NCBI GenBank assembly: GCA_000320545.1
Contig: ADNK01002090.1
Coordinates: 1 to 50,648, forward strand
Source: Bigelowiella natans CCMP2755
Lineage: Eukaryota > Protista > Cercozoa
Direction: 5' to 3'
Length of the DNA: 50,648 nucleotides
Numbering within the stretch: the first letter of the stretch is position 1; every line of letters begins with the position of its first letter. This document shows, one piece after another, positions 12,225 to 25,320 of this stretch. Below the pieces are notes generated by a model, which worked only from the letters and a program-made list of their open reading frames with translations, did no database searches and was not told the DNA's origin. The position numbers and the translations under genes were made by a program.

Positions 12225-13501
12225 TTAGTTCTTGAACGCGTTTTGATTTGGGAACAGCAGGTTCGGAAATCTGGCGCAAACATCCTCGAATTCCTCTGTG
12301 TGTCGTAGGTGTAGTAGTTGTAGTAGTAGTAGTAGTAGTAGTAGTAGGGAGAAGAAGAACGATATATTCCATCCATCAGTAACGTGACCAATACGCAGCA
12401 GCGGCAGCGGAGGACACCATAGAATACTAACAGCTCGCATCATAATAGCATCACATTGTACCTCTACTAATTTGGTGATCTCCATCTTTATCCGCCTGTC
12501 GCATGATCGCATCCGCCTTCTTTTGTACCTGAGAGGAGGCAAGGAAATATTGAAGAATGTACATCGCTGCTAAGTAAAGGTAGTGATGCTTCTGGATGGC
12601 GACATATGAGCTATAGGGAGCGGCTCGCAATCGAAGATAATTTCAACCGTGATGTCGTTCTTTCAATATTCGCTATTATTATCTTTCTAGGACACGAGTA
12701 GTAGTAGTAGAAGTAGTAGTAGTAGTAGTATCTCCCTCATGGGTGAGTATATGGCGACTAACTGCTCAGCTGCAGCTCAACACTCTGCAGTAGGAATGAC
12801 ATTACCTGTGCAGAACTCGTCGCCATGTAGTTGACTTTCAGTATTCTCACAAGCTCCGGCTGATAGATGTTATCATCGGCAGAAGGAGGAGGGGGAGGCC
12901 GAGAAGGAAGGAAGAAATCAATGCAAAGAACGCGAGAAGCAAGTCATGGTTGGATTTTAAGCCATACAAATAAGAATTTCTGCTCAATGGGAGCTATTTA
13001 GAAATAACGGTACAACTGCTGTAAAACGAGCAAATGATGTCCCAACTGACCCTTGATATGAAGCCAGAGCCGTCTTCGTCAAACAATTTGAAAGCGAACG
13101 CTATGCGGTCTTTCTTAGAAGTTGCGCAGAAACCACTCAAGCCCACCAAGAATTCGCGTACATCGAGTTTTCCGGATGTTCCCTTACCACCTAATGACGA
13201 CGTTGTTGGGTCAAATAAAACACTAAAAAATGAAGAGAGACAGGGGGGGGGGGAGAGAGAGAGAGAGAGAGAGAGAAAGGAGAAGAGGGGAGGGGGTATT
13301 CCATGCGGTTCGGCATATAGGTATTAATACCGAATAGGCCAAAGAGCTCTGCCATATCCTTACTCCTAGGCCGCTCCATGAGCGAGCAGAACTCGTTATA
13401 CTCAATATGTGATCGCTCGCTTTTCATAAATTTCTTGAACACGTGGTCTATGGTATCTTGTGAGATCTGACAAGAGAATGATAATGACGGATGGTTACTA
13501 C

Positions 13502-13540
<39 letters not shown>

Positions 13541-15010
13541 AATGCTGAATATAATATGATGCATGATACTACTGTGAAGAAGACCAGAAAAAGGAAAGAA
13601 ACATAGAAAAGCATTATGCTCCTTGACCTTGAGCTTGCCTATCACCATTCTCAATTTATGAGCACGTTTCTTGGAATCGAGGGCTGTGGATTCCTTCAAT
13701 GCCTATATATCAAGAAAGAAGGATATTAAAAAGAAGAGACAGTTTTTGTGAATGCAGATGAGCATGCACTCTAACACGTAGATTCGTTTTTGTTGATGAT
13801 ACATCCACATAGAGTATCTTAACTCTACGAGGGACTAACTCTATTTCTTTCTAGTGCCTCCCCCAATTGAACAACCCTCACTTGAATTATGTTTCAGAAT
13901 ATATATCCATTACCTTAGGTTTCTTTGGGGCATGTTTAGTGTCGCGCCCACCAGCACCCTCATCTGTAGTTGAAATGCAGCAGCTCGGAAATTTGTACTT
14001 CCAATAAAAAGCGACATCACATGTCAATGTTAGGAAACTAACCGTCGGTGTCCGAAATCTCATCTTCGTCGTATGCTCTTTCAGCGTATCGGAAAATCAT
14101 TTTTGAAAATTCTTGGTAATCACACTGTCCGTCCCCTGTGGAAAATATAGCATTTTAGTAACTCATACAAGCTGAATCCTGTGTGAGAGTAGTTTGTGCA
14201 GAAATTATTTTACCGTCTGTATCCACCATCTTAATCATTTCGTCCAGCTGTCAAATTTCAAAATAGTCAGGGCTATGTCATAATGAAAAGATGCGATGAT
14301 GAACCTCTTGATCCGTGACTTCTTCACCAATTGCAGTATAGATTGTCCGTAATTCACCCACACCGATGAAACCATTTTTATCCAAGTCAAAAGAATCGAA
14401 AGCTTTTCTCACTTCCTTGTCCGTGAACTGATAGAATAGCACAGCAGAAACGTTAGCGATAATAACCTCAGGAAAACACAAAAACAAGATCCTCCCTCAT
14501 CTTACCGGGCCAAATTGAGAGAAGTCGAATTGTTTTTGCATAACTTTTTCTTCCTCTGATAAAACCTTGTTAAGTTAATTAATATCCTTCCACGGGAATC
14601 CCGTTTGCTGCCTTCGGGATTACTTGAATGGCGGGGGGGGGGAACTTGCTCTCCACTGTTGGTGGGATGGGATCGACTGGGAAACAATCCTCCTTTGCTT
14701 AATGGGAATTTACCCCTGCGACAACATGAAAAACGTTCATATAATGGAAAAGCCCCTCTCTAATGCACCATGTAACTGCGAAGTGACCCATTTCCTCAAA
14801 AAAAAACTGGAAATGAGCTCAAAATATCCTAAAAGTCCCCTAAAATACTGCATCGAAGCCGCCAGTAACATACGTGCTAAAAATGTAATGATTTCTACTC
14901 ATACGACAATAGTAATAGCCTTCGAATACAATCGAAATCCCAACCTCGTAGTTTCTCCTTCAGGTAACTGCTCCTTCTCTGTGTGCCGATAGTCCTCATC
15001 CCCGAAACTA
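12225..15010 (-). CDS. Multi-EF-hand Ca2+-binding protein (calmodulin-like lobe plus calcineurin-B-like four-EF module); 5' end uncertain
   Basis: Spliced: QFGP|FTDKEVRKAFDSFDLDKNGFIGVGELRTIYTAIGEEVTDQE|LDEMIKMVDTD|GDGQCDYQEF...|ISQDTIDHVFKKF..IEYNEF..ELFGLF|GGKGTSGKLDVREFLVGLS..DRIAFAFKLFDEDGSGFISR|PELVRILK..|VQKKADAIMRQADKDGDHQISR|EEFEDVCARFPNLLFP..KN*. Four canonical and two degenerate EF loops. Confidence 0.9.
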
Positions 15011-16245
15011 ACGAGTAACTACTTAAGCAGTCTTCTGGCTGAGGGTGGGGCGGGGAATAGTACTGAAGGAAAAACACGTTCAGTCCTTGCATGATGGTGT
15101 GGAAAGAAAGCTGATCTTGCCTGTTTACGGATTTTTCGTATCCGTTCGAAAGGACTGCCTTCACTTCTCGGTCTTCTGGGATGAGTAGAGTATCACCAGC
15201 TCCTCAAAGGTTGGATCTATCAACAATTGCCTGAACAGCCCCCTCTTCTCTATCATGCATGTCCTCCCTCCTCACGTGTGACAAACCTACGACCGCTCAG
15301 CTCGTTCTACAAGGCGGCTCAGGAGGAGGCTAGGAGAGCCAGCATGTGAGAACACATATAATCGCTCCACCGGATTCCTCTGATCTTTTCGTCAACGCGC
15401 TCTGTATACATACAATGTGCGGATGGCGAGTGTTCATCATACACACCAACCGCAAAAATAAGCGCGCTCGCACACACACACACACACGCGCGCGCGCGCA
15501 CACGCATTCATGCACCGTACACAGCACGAATGGATGTTCAAGCCAACACGTCGAGCGAAATCGCACTTCTGCTCTCCATACTTATGAGATCCGTTGATAA
15601 TTTTGATGAGGACACTTGCTCATTGAGTACATGATCGTGTCTGTATCCTTCTTCTAGAAGCGGAAACGCACAGAGAGCGGGCAATTCGAACCCGACGTAA
15701 CAACGAATTCTACCACATAACGCTACATAATCTGTTTTGGAGGGCATTTACATAATCTGATTTAGAGGGCATTTAGAAGCACAGCGACTAGAAGATAATT
15801 TTGCACTTTAAGGAGATATTAGAGTTTCCCAAACAAACGGCTACCACACAACTCTCCATCTTCCTCGTCGTTATTCTTTGCATTTCATTTATTATCTTCA
15901 GAGAAACCAGTGCTTTTTACCGAGCTGCTCTATCCGAAGCAAAACAAGCTCAAAAGTAACAGCAAAATGCGCAGAATTAGGAGCTTACTTCTTCATTTCA
16001 GAATAAGAAATTCGGAAGATATGAAGAACGATAGTATCGATAATTTTTTATTTTGGACATATAGCCGTATATAGTCGTATCGTAGACAAAATCAGCAGCA
16101 GATATTATTATTGTGATTATTCTAAGAAGTCGTGCGGAACACGCTTTTTAACACGTATGACGAGAATATGGGCTATATAATGCATAAAAAATATGTAATT
16201 CGTGTGTATGTTGGTTTTATGTTCGGACTCACTCTGTGCCTTCAG

Positions 16246-16432
16246 TGGCAATGCTGTAAATCCAGCTGGGGGAGGCTCAAATACAGGGTCACTACATTCA
16301 AATCGCAGTGTACGTCTTGGAGAAGCTGATCGATAAACTTCCTTTTTGCAGGAATTCTTCTTTCTATCGAGCTGCTATGAATGAAGCAAAGCAGAGCCAA
16401 CGGTCAATTCAGCGACTGATAATATATAAACA

Positions 16433-16468
<36 letters not shown>

Positions 16469-16482
16469 GTATATTTGTATAG

Positions 16483-16521
<39 letters not shown>

Positions 16522-16528
16522 TGCATAC

Positions 16529-16581
<53 letters not shown>

Positions 16582-17005
16582 ATATCGCGAGGATGTGTTT
16601 CATTTGCTCTTGTTTGCAGGGTCCAACCCCCAGGAAGCGTGCCATCAAATAACGCCAGGGGTGAAATCAATCGGTAGTACGAGAAACAATCTTAGGCTAG
16701 AAGCAATGATAGCGTTCCTAATCTATCTCGTTATCATCATCATGATCAGAGATTCCTCATTCTACCGTGCTGCCAAAAACGAAGCGAGGCAAGCACACCA
16801 GCCATTGTCAGCACCGTCAACAACAATGAATATGCCAATAATAGCACCGTCAACAACAATGAATATGCCAATAATAGCACCGTCAACAACAATGAATATG
16901 CCAATAATAGCACCGTCAACAACAATGAATATGCCAATAATAGCACCGTCAACAACAATGAATGTGCCAATAATACAAAGACATGTACATGTTTACTACA
17001 CTTAT

Positions 17006-17062
<57 letters not shown>

Positions 17063-17307
17063 ACATGCATTCCCTTTCTATATACTCTATTCCTTTCTCT
17101 CTTTCTTCTTCGTGCATGCAAAAGAAATGAGCGTGTCATATTCACTTTGCTATTCTTTATACAGGGCACAGCAGTCCCCAGGGAGCGTTGTTGCTGCAGG
17201 TAGCATTCCTAACGGAGAGCAGACAAGGTGAAAGGAAGAAAGACAACGAAAATCAAGAACCTGTGCTGCAGCTTTAATGGCCAGTGTTCTCATTTAGGGC
17301 TGAAGCA

Positions 17308-17344
<37 letters not shown>

Positions 17345-17600
17345 ACGCGCGCGCGCGCGCGGTTGAATATGCTCAATTGTATTTCATATGTCTATTCATA
17401 TTTCTACTTAACTTGTTACCATTTTGTTGTATCATTATTATCATCATCACTACGTGGCATTCTTATCCTCTCGCTACATTTTCCCCTTACAGGGGAGCAG
17501 CGGCAAATAATATTGTAATCGAAGAATCAAATGAAAATGAGGAATGGTAATAGACTAATGTATCTCGCCCCCCCACCTTTATACACACACGCATATATTT

Positions 17601-17636
<36 letters not shown>

Positions 17637-18136
17637 GGTTATCGGCGGGGGCTGATAGTCATGTAAGAAAACAATAAATATGAACGTGCTGCATTCAGCG
17701 ACCCGTACTGTGGGCTAGTAACACTGACGGGATACCTCAAAGTCAAGGTAGTTCTCTCCGCTCAATTTTCGAAGAAAGCTGTGTGGATGATGGGGGCGAA
17801 TGGGGACAAATATATTGAGTTCTCTGTGCAATACAAATGCTGTGAATAGAGCTGAAAATATGCATAGTATATTTCAACTTATTTTGGTCAGGCCGAGCAA
17901 TGTGAAGTATGAGGATGTGCTGAGTATGGAACTTTTTGTTTTTGTGTGCAGTATACGAATTGGTATCTTTTCGTCGTTCTTGTCGTAAACCTGGTGGATC
18001 TCATCACCGACATCTTCCTGTGCACCTCACTGAGAGGTTATACATGCCAGAACGTTGGTGATTTGATAATGAATTGGATGGTGGACATTGATGGCGAAGA
18101 TAACTTTTTGAAACACACCTAACTCAAATCCTTCTC

Positions 18137-18180
<44 letters not shown>

Positions 18181-18183
18181 TCT

Positions 18184-18221
<38 letters not shown>

Positions 18222-18937
18222 GTAATATTATAGTAGGAGCCATCCCTAATGATCATCAACACAGGTAGCTTCCTGGTAATTCAGATCATCGCTACTCTTT
18301 TCGGAGTGGTAAGCAAGTTGTTAGGCAAGTGTGAATCATGAATTATAACAAGGACAAGTTACGTTAGTTATGTTTTTGTTGGTATTCTTAGCGGTAGTAC
18401 GGTGTATAAAGTCGCAACGGTCCTTGTGTTTTGACCTATCTTCCGTTAATTTTAATGATCATTTTTCAAATCTTCCACACATCTCCTAATTATACGACCC
18501 TCATAGCGAATGTACAACAGTAGCACTAAATTCTCGTTTCGCTTGTCCTCCTCCCTCCATCTGCCCCTTTGGTTTCTGCCTTCTCACTATGCACGCGCGG
18601 GGGGGGGGAACAACGAATTTCAACAGTCGTATCTGGCGTGTTTAGTCTTCCTCAAGATGCATCCTGACTGGGCGACGGGGATAATGTTCTCTCGCTACTT
18701 CATGCCATTCATGGGAGGTATTTGATCCTTTTAGCATGTTGCGTGTGAAAGAGCTTTAGGAGTTAAACTGAGGGGGGGAAGGGGCCATATTCTGCTGTTG
18801 CATGAAAGCTGCATCCAAAGCACAGCGCGTTTGTATTTGTATGCGGGTATTAATCCAATAGGCAGGAGAAAACAGGAGGCTCCTATTCAGGAAAATTCCA
18901 CCATAACGACGAGTAAGAGGGTGGTTATAGGTATACG

Positions 18938-18976
<39 letters not shown>

Positions 18977-19415
18977 CAAACGCGTATTATGATATGTTAA
19001 AATGTGATGAACTTCCATAGTTTGAGACACACCTATTTAGTTGAAGCTGTGCTATCAGTAATATTGGTGTGTTGCTTGCATATGTTTCTTCTTCCTCTTG
19101 TACTGTAAATTCTCTTCTTCCAGAGTCGATGATATACATGCAGTGCTTCAGCGAGGTTTCTCATATCCACGATGTTAATCGTCAATTTATAGCACCATCA
19201 TTGCCATCTTCATCGTAATCGTAATCGTCATCTTCGTTGTCCTCATCGTCACTTTTGCTTGTGTAATTATTGATGCTTGACAACGACTATTCAGGATGGG
19301 ATGACGGTAGTTAATGCACTTCTAAATGGGAAGAAATTCACAAGCTCAAACGCCTTTGCATACGGTCTCACGGTACTAATCACGTCGATTTTGATCTCAA
19401 ATAGCATGCATTCGT

Positions 19416-19450
<35 letters not shown>

Positions 19451-20895
19451 ATCGATGAAGATAATGACGATGCCGCCACTATTGTTAAGTAGCGCTATAC
19501 GCACAAGATATATGTATTCTAGCCAAAGAATTCGACTTCTATGCAAGCAGCCTATGCAAGCAGCCTCGAAATCGCATCCATAAATATTTAGTATTGGGAC
19601 TCAAACCGACACTGATGGATAAGTGTGTGTGTGTGTGTGATCAGGCTGTATTCACACTCGATACGATTTCCGAGCTAGCCTATTTCTGCATGTAGTAATC
19701 TGTGTGGTCATGTCCGTAGTGGAAGGGGGAAGGGGTGAAAAGTGGTTTTGAGGATGTGTTTCAAAAGGAATGAAGGGCGAAGCACGAGTGTTGTCTCTCA
19801 TGTCATTCTCATTGGCTAATCTTACGGGATGTTTCTTCGTTGTCGTCATCGTGATCAATCATCATCATTTATCATCCACGTCACACCGTGTGGGTCTCAC
19901 TTTACACCAACTAACACACATCAGGATGCTCATGTATGCCGCATGTTCCACAGGAGAGATAACTATCAGCGACATTGTAAGCAAAAGAGTGGGAACGGAA
20001 ATGTGCATATTTTGAAGACACACAGAGCACACACACACACACACACACACACTGTTTATAGTTAATATGTATTGGTGTAGGTGTCAATGGTGTGTGGGGG
20101 GAGGGAGGGGCAATAAAGATTGAACAATTTCTTTACTGCTTTCATTTCCATGGACGAATGCAATTATTCTTAATAGCTATTAGATTCTGAGAATGATGCT
20201 TTGGTTGTTTTTTTAGGGGATAATGAGTTGTTTCATCATACTCTTCGTCGCTTGTGGGGTTCTGTGGGGTAGTAACTACGATATTGATTATTGAACAATT
20301 GCTTTATAGCAGAAGCACGCATTAAACAGATACGTGCATAAGCGCACATATACACCTGAATACCTTTTTATATGGCATGATATAATTGCTAATTTATGTA
20401 TACACTGCGTGCGTGTTTCTGTTTGTGTTATTTTGTGCATATTGCCTAGGATATTTTATTACATTGTTCTGGCAAGACTTTGAAGCCAGCAATGCCGGGA
20501 CCGTTCTTTTAATTCTTGCGCTCGTCATTATCATCCTGGGTTCTTTGTGCACCAATATATTCTTTTGGAAAGGAAAGGCTGGGTACGTGCGCGCATATGA
20601 TGTAGTTGTAGCTTAAACATAACTTGAATTTAGAAAAAAAAAGAGGTTTGAAAAGACACTATTTGGTGTCTCATTGTGTGAGAGAGAAAGAGAGAGAATG
20701 TGTATATTTGTGTGTGTGCCGTGCCAAGTCTTGTTACAATCAGCATCATTGTTTTCTTCCAATGTGATTACCATCAAAAGGTTAAATTGTTGTGAGGCCG
20801 ACAATCTGGACAGTGCTTGGCAGGATGACAATTTTCGAGAGCGATCTCATTATGAAGAGTTAGCGCGCATGCAAGCTGGGATAACTGACGATTGA
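16246..20895 (+). CDS. Multi-exon multipass membrane protein of unknown function; start codon not located
   Basis: GT-AG exons encode YTNWYLFVVLVVNLVDLITDIFLCTSL (~17952-18036), SYLACLVFLKMHPDWATG (~18627), DGMTVVNALL (~19295), GIMSCFIILFVACGVLW (~20217), YFITLFWQDF..VLLILALVIIILGSLCTNIFFW (~20450) and terminal LNCCEAD..GITDD* (20895). Confidence 0.7.
16810..16974 (+). repeat. 33-bp minisatellite, 5 copies (AGCACCGTCAACAACAATGAATATGCCAATAAT)
   Basis: Four identical copies plus a fifth with a single A->G change (AATATG->AATGTG). Probably intronic, with a GT donor at ~16807. Confidence 0.97.
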
Positions 20896-21643
20896 TCACA
20901 GATATATAGACTGCAAGTGACATGTAATGAGTTTGTGCATGGCGCCCATGTCTCAGCGCAGCAACGTGGGCTTCACACACATGGACGCAATTGCAAGCAA
21001 ATCAAATTGCCTACCACAGCAATGCTAGAGAATGAATGTTGGGCATTTTAAGAACTGATTGACATGCATCAGGCGCGCGTGTGTGCATGCTGCACACTTA
21101 TTGTACAACAATAGCGGCGCGTCGTATCGTTGCATGCACAGTGCAGATGATGCATCGTGAATTGCATAATGCGACATAGTAATATCATGTGTATATTTGC
21201 ATATGGTATTACGTGTCTATATACATGAGATCCTTACATCTGCATCGTGATGGGCATGTATCACCTATCACAAGGAGTGTTTTACTATGCCACGCCTTAT
21301 CAAGCGTATATACTTATAATAGACATAGTAATATCATACATATATTTATATATGGTATTACGTGTCTATAATTTGCACTTTGGGTTGGATTGGATGCGTG
21401 GCAGAACTGGTGCAAAGTGTCGCGGCGGCTCTCGGCTACGCACAATGCAAAAAACGCACATGACACCCATCATGCATGCTCCATGCGATAGTTCCATGCG
21501 GAGGTCTGATGCAAGAGGAAGCATTGTTCATTTTTTGAGAAAGCTGTTTACCCCCCTCATCCGCAATCATCTTCGTACCTCTGAAGTGCACTTTTGCATT
21601 TACGCACAGTTATGAAGTCCGTCGAATTATTTTCACTTGATGC

Positions 21644-21688
21644 TCAGTCATTTTCGTATCGCATGAAACTGTTGAATAATATATATAT

Positions 21689-21728
<40 letters not shown>

Positions 21729-23305
21729 CAACACCGTGCCCGTGTATCTTACTAGACCTGTGGCGTATCGTACCTCCGGCCTTGCGCACCAAAAACGGAG
21801 TTGAAATTCGACATGATTGCCCCCAGGGAACTTGAGTTTTTGGTGATACTGGACAGATACGTCAGGAGCATGGTGTCGTTGAATTCCTGACCAAAAGGGG
21901 GCGTGAAGTTCGCATCACGTAACATTTTACGGTATTATATGAGCGCGTACTGACCCCTTGGAATTCATTCTTAAATTTGGCAGTTTGCATTGACGGTAAC
22001 CGATTACAAATCCCTTTAATATTTCGAAGCGTGCGATTGTTAGGCTTTACTTTCCCTGAAAAATACGGTATTAAGCAATATGAATAAATCGCGTTTTTGA
22101 CTCAATGGGTGTATCTTCTCAACGTAATTATGACCTTCTTGGCATGCAACTACATATGCGGTAATAAGCTGAAGTCTTTCGCGCATCATCATTAGCCCTC
22201 GGTGTACGTTCTCATAATGATGGACAACTGTTGGGAACAATAAATGAGTGAGCGTTGGAGTTCAGACAGAAGATGCAGAATTTTGGCATCATACGTTTAG
22301 AGCCTTCTTTTTGATCGACAACTTCTTGCGCCGTATGCACGACTGCGACTGTTTCTGCTGTGTCAGACTGAATTTTGTACTTTTGTATAACTCCTAGATT
22401 GTGAGAATAAATAGCTATAGGCAACGCCTCATCGGACATCTTCGCTCTGGGGTTCATCAGAAGAAATAGAATGTCGTCAGCCTTTAAACGATCCTCTCCT
22501 TTCCGGGAAGGTAACCACGATGTCACTTTCTCATGAATCTTAGCGTGAGTGGCGTTCAAATCTTCATCAGTACAATACCAGCCGACAACCTTGTTTGCGG
22601 GGTATGCTTCCTTATCTGCGGGTCAAGGAAATGGAGAGAACGAAAGGGGGGAGGGTAGTGGTTAATTTTAGCAGTCCCCGGGATGATCAAGAGAAATTTT
22701 GTTGAAGAACTGACGGAGATTGAAGTCATCTTCGAACAGATCTACGGATAGCTTCACGTCTTGGCCGCTTAAATCAAAACCAATTTCTATACAGTCCACG
22801 ATATGGAGGATACCCTTTATCATGGATCTATTTATTGACGGGGGAAAAGTAAAGAAAAACAGGAGAAGCTATCAGACCATTATCACAACGTGGACGACAG
22901 ACTGAAATGATGTGAAATTTAGCTAAGAACTTTCAGATAGACAGAGATAGTGTAGAGAGGGGGGGGGCGAGAGAAATAGAATGCGCAGGCGGGAATCCAA
23001 AATTTCAGACTTGGAAGTTCGAATTCAATTGATTTTGGAATATTTCAGTTTCAACACGAACTTTCTCCAGAAATATTCATCGTTGCTGGTGAGGAATAAA
23101 TTTGTTTTCATGCGAAATAGAGAAAGCGGAGGGAAAACAAGCAGCGATGTAAAAGTATTCACGGTCATGTTTGCCTTCCAAAGGTGGCGTACCCTAGAAT
23201 GATCCCTATTGCTTTCTTTTGTTTGGACTGAATGACACCTCGCGTGTACTGATCTGCTATGTTGACCACCACCATGGGGTGAAGGACGATTTCGGGAGCC
23301 GCCAT
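21644..23305 (-). CDS. CSN6: COP9 signalosome subunit 6 (MPN- domain), 7 exons
   Basis: Exons 23305-23193, 22827-22715, 22615-22295, 22227-22135, 22055-21955, 21886-~21774 and 21668-21644 join in phase: MAAPEIVLHPMVVVNIADQYTR..AIGIILG..KEAYPANKVVGWY..LFLLMNP..LPIAIY..AETVAVVHTA..RLQLITAYV..LRNIKGICNRLP..EFNDTMLLTYLSSITK. This fits the CSN6 pattern. The last exon is less certain (alternative stop at 21752). Confidence 0.88.
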
Positions 23306-23738
23306 AGCTGACAATGAAGACTGCTGGATTGCATAGTTCAAATCCGCCTACATAAAAGCAGAAAACAAGCATATCATCATGTCGCAGACTAAAAATGAAA
23401 GCGAGCCCATATACACGCAGGATCACAGTCTGCGACATGAATACGGAGTCCAACGGATTTGGGTGCCGAAAATGCTGTTGGGCCCCGGTAGCCGAAAAGT
23501 TAAAAATGCATTGCGCAGATTGCCAGGAAATTACAAGATAATAACCTCTGGATTAATCCAGACGCAAACACATGAACATTATGTATTTTCAGGATATGAT
23601 CAGACAAGTGGATGTCGTATGAGTAAAAATAGTATTGTTAGCAGAGCTTACATATATATAAATCTCTGAACTCCCTTACTCCGCCGCGCCATCATTTCCT
23701 CCTCCTCCCTCCACCTGTAAGAAAGATCTGATAGAACT
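23306..23738. promoter_or_regulatory. Putative bidirectional promoter between CSN6 and PRP19
   Basis: The two divergent ATGs are 433 bp apart; a TATA-like TATATATAAA lies at ~23653. Inferred from geometry only. Confidence 0.5.
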
Positions 23739-25229
23739 ATGGCGTGCTCCATCTCCGGTGAAATAGCGACCGACCCCGTGGTGTCGCTCAAGTCCGGACA
23801 TTTATTCGAGAGACGCTTAATCGAGAAGCAAATAAATGCTACGGGTCGCTGCCCAATAACCGATCAAGACTTGACTAAAGAGGATCTTCTCTCCGTCAAA
23901 ACCCACACAAATCAAAAGGCTACCGGCATCAAGCCCCGCCTCACTGCTACGGCAGGCATACCAGGCATGATAAAATCATTTCAGGACGAATGGGATGCGG
24001 TGATGTTGGAAACATACACTCTGAAAAAACACCTTTTCGATGTGCGCCAAGAGCTAGCATATGCATTGTACCAGAAGGATGCAGCCTCCCGAGTGATTGC
24101 AAGGTTAATAAAAGAGAGGGATCAAGCAAGAGCTGCACTTTCAGACGTGCAGTCAAATATGGCTGCTGCCGTGGGTAAATCAGGTGGCACCGCTATGGAG
24201 GAGGAAGATGATGCCGGTATCAGCCAAGCTATTATTCAGAAGATGGTTAAGACACAAAAGAAACTTTCAAAGGCAAGAAAACCAAAAGTCAAGGGACTGC
24301 AGCTCAGCGTGGCTCCATCAGACAAGCTGGCTAGCTATGAAGTGCTTTCTAGCCATCCTCTCCACAGCTCGTCCAGACCTGGTATCATGTGCCTTGACGT
24401 GCATCCGAAGAACCAGGAGTTTATTATGACTGGTGGCGCGGATCACAACGCTATTATCTTTAATCGCAGTACCAAAAAGATAGTGGATACTCTCAAATAC
24501 CACAAGAAAAAAATCACCAGCGTCCTGTTCCATCCTTCCCAGAACGTGGTATTCACTACCTCGAGCGACAACACAGGTGCAATTTGGACTCCTGATGCAA
24601 AGAGTAAGTACCAAGTGGGAAGCGTACTAAAAGAACATACTGGTGATGTTGTTGGTTCCACTTTGCATCCTAGTGGTGACTACTTGGTCACTGGATCGGC
24701 AGACTCTTCATGGTGCTTCTGGGATATTGAATCATCGGCTTGCAAGGCCAAAGTTGCGACACCTGAGCATGGAGGCTACTCAAAAGTCACCTTCCATCCA
24801 GACGGCCTTATTCTAGCTGCGGCTTCGGCTGACAAAGCTGTTCGTATATTCGATGTGAAAACTCAGAAGAATGTTGCAAATGTGGAAGATCACAACGCCA
24901 CTATCACAGGTCTTGCATTCTCTGAGAACGGTTACTATCTGGGGAGTGCTGACACTTCCGGTGTAGTGAAAATGTGGGATCTTAGAAAATTGAAGAATTT
25001 CCATACCATCGAGCTCGGTCATGCTTTACACGATTTGACGTTCGACTTATCGGGGACGTATATGCTCACCGCAGGAAAGGACATTCAGGTGTACAATGTT
25101 AAGGGCTTCTCCCTTGTGAAGACTTTCTCGGACCATAAGAAGGATGTCACAGGCGCCCGATTTGCAAAGGATGCAGCCTTCATTGCATCTACTAGCAAAG
25201 ATAGAAATTTAAAAATCTTTGGAAAGTAA
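23739..25229 (+). CDS. PRP19: Pre-mRNA-processing factor 19 (U-box, coiled coil, WD40), 496 aa, intronless
   Basis: U-box CSISGE..PVVS..SGHLFERRLIEK..GRCPIT; Prp19 coiled coil FQDEWDAVMLETYTL..RQELAYALYQKDAASRVIARL; C-terminal WD40 repeats ending WDLRKL. Confidence 0.98.
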   Translation: MACSISGEIATDPVVSLKSGHLFERRLIEKQINATGRCPITDQDLTKEDLLSVKTHTNQKATGIKPRLTATAGIPGMIKSFQDEWDAVMLETYTLKKHLFDVRQELAYALYQKDAASRVIARLIKERDQARAALSDVQSNMAAAVGKSGGTAMEEEDDAGISQAIIQKMVKTQKKLSKARKPKVKGLQLSVAPSDKLASYEVLSSHPLHSSSRPGIMCLDVHPKNQEFIMTGGADHNAIIFNRSTKKIVDTLKYHKKKITSVLFHPSQNVVFTTSSDNTGAIWTPDAKSKYQVGSVLKEHTGDVVGSTLHPSGDYLVTGSADSSWCFWDIESSACKAKVATPEHGGYSKVTFHPDGLILAAASADKAVRIFDVKTQKNVANVEDHNATITGLAFSENGYYLGSADTSGVVKMWDLRKLKNFHTIELGHALHDLTFDLSGTYMLTAGKDIQVYNVKGFSLVKTFSDHKKDVTGARFAKDAAFIASTSKDRNLKIFGK

Positions 25230-25320
25230 CTTAAATGACATTACACATCGCATTTCCTTGTTACGGAAAGAGTACTTTGATAATTCCATTTTTTACAGAA
25301 CAATGAAGAAATCACACGTT

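Noticed and set aside
15724-15773. 25-bp imperfect direct repeat (also a 13-bp duplication at 19539-19564)
   Set aside because: Adjacent local duplications with no element between them, so not target-site duplications.
16810-16974. 33-bp repeats as a CRISPR array
   Set aside because: Head-to-tail units with no spacers, no cas genes, and a eukaryotic context.
52-21800. Dozens of short ORFs with YIYIYI, CVCVCV, THTHTH or poly-S/D/Q runs
   Set aside because: They are translations of stop-free microsatellites in introns or on the antisense strand, not genes.
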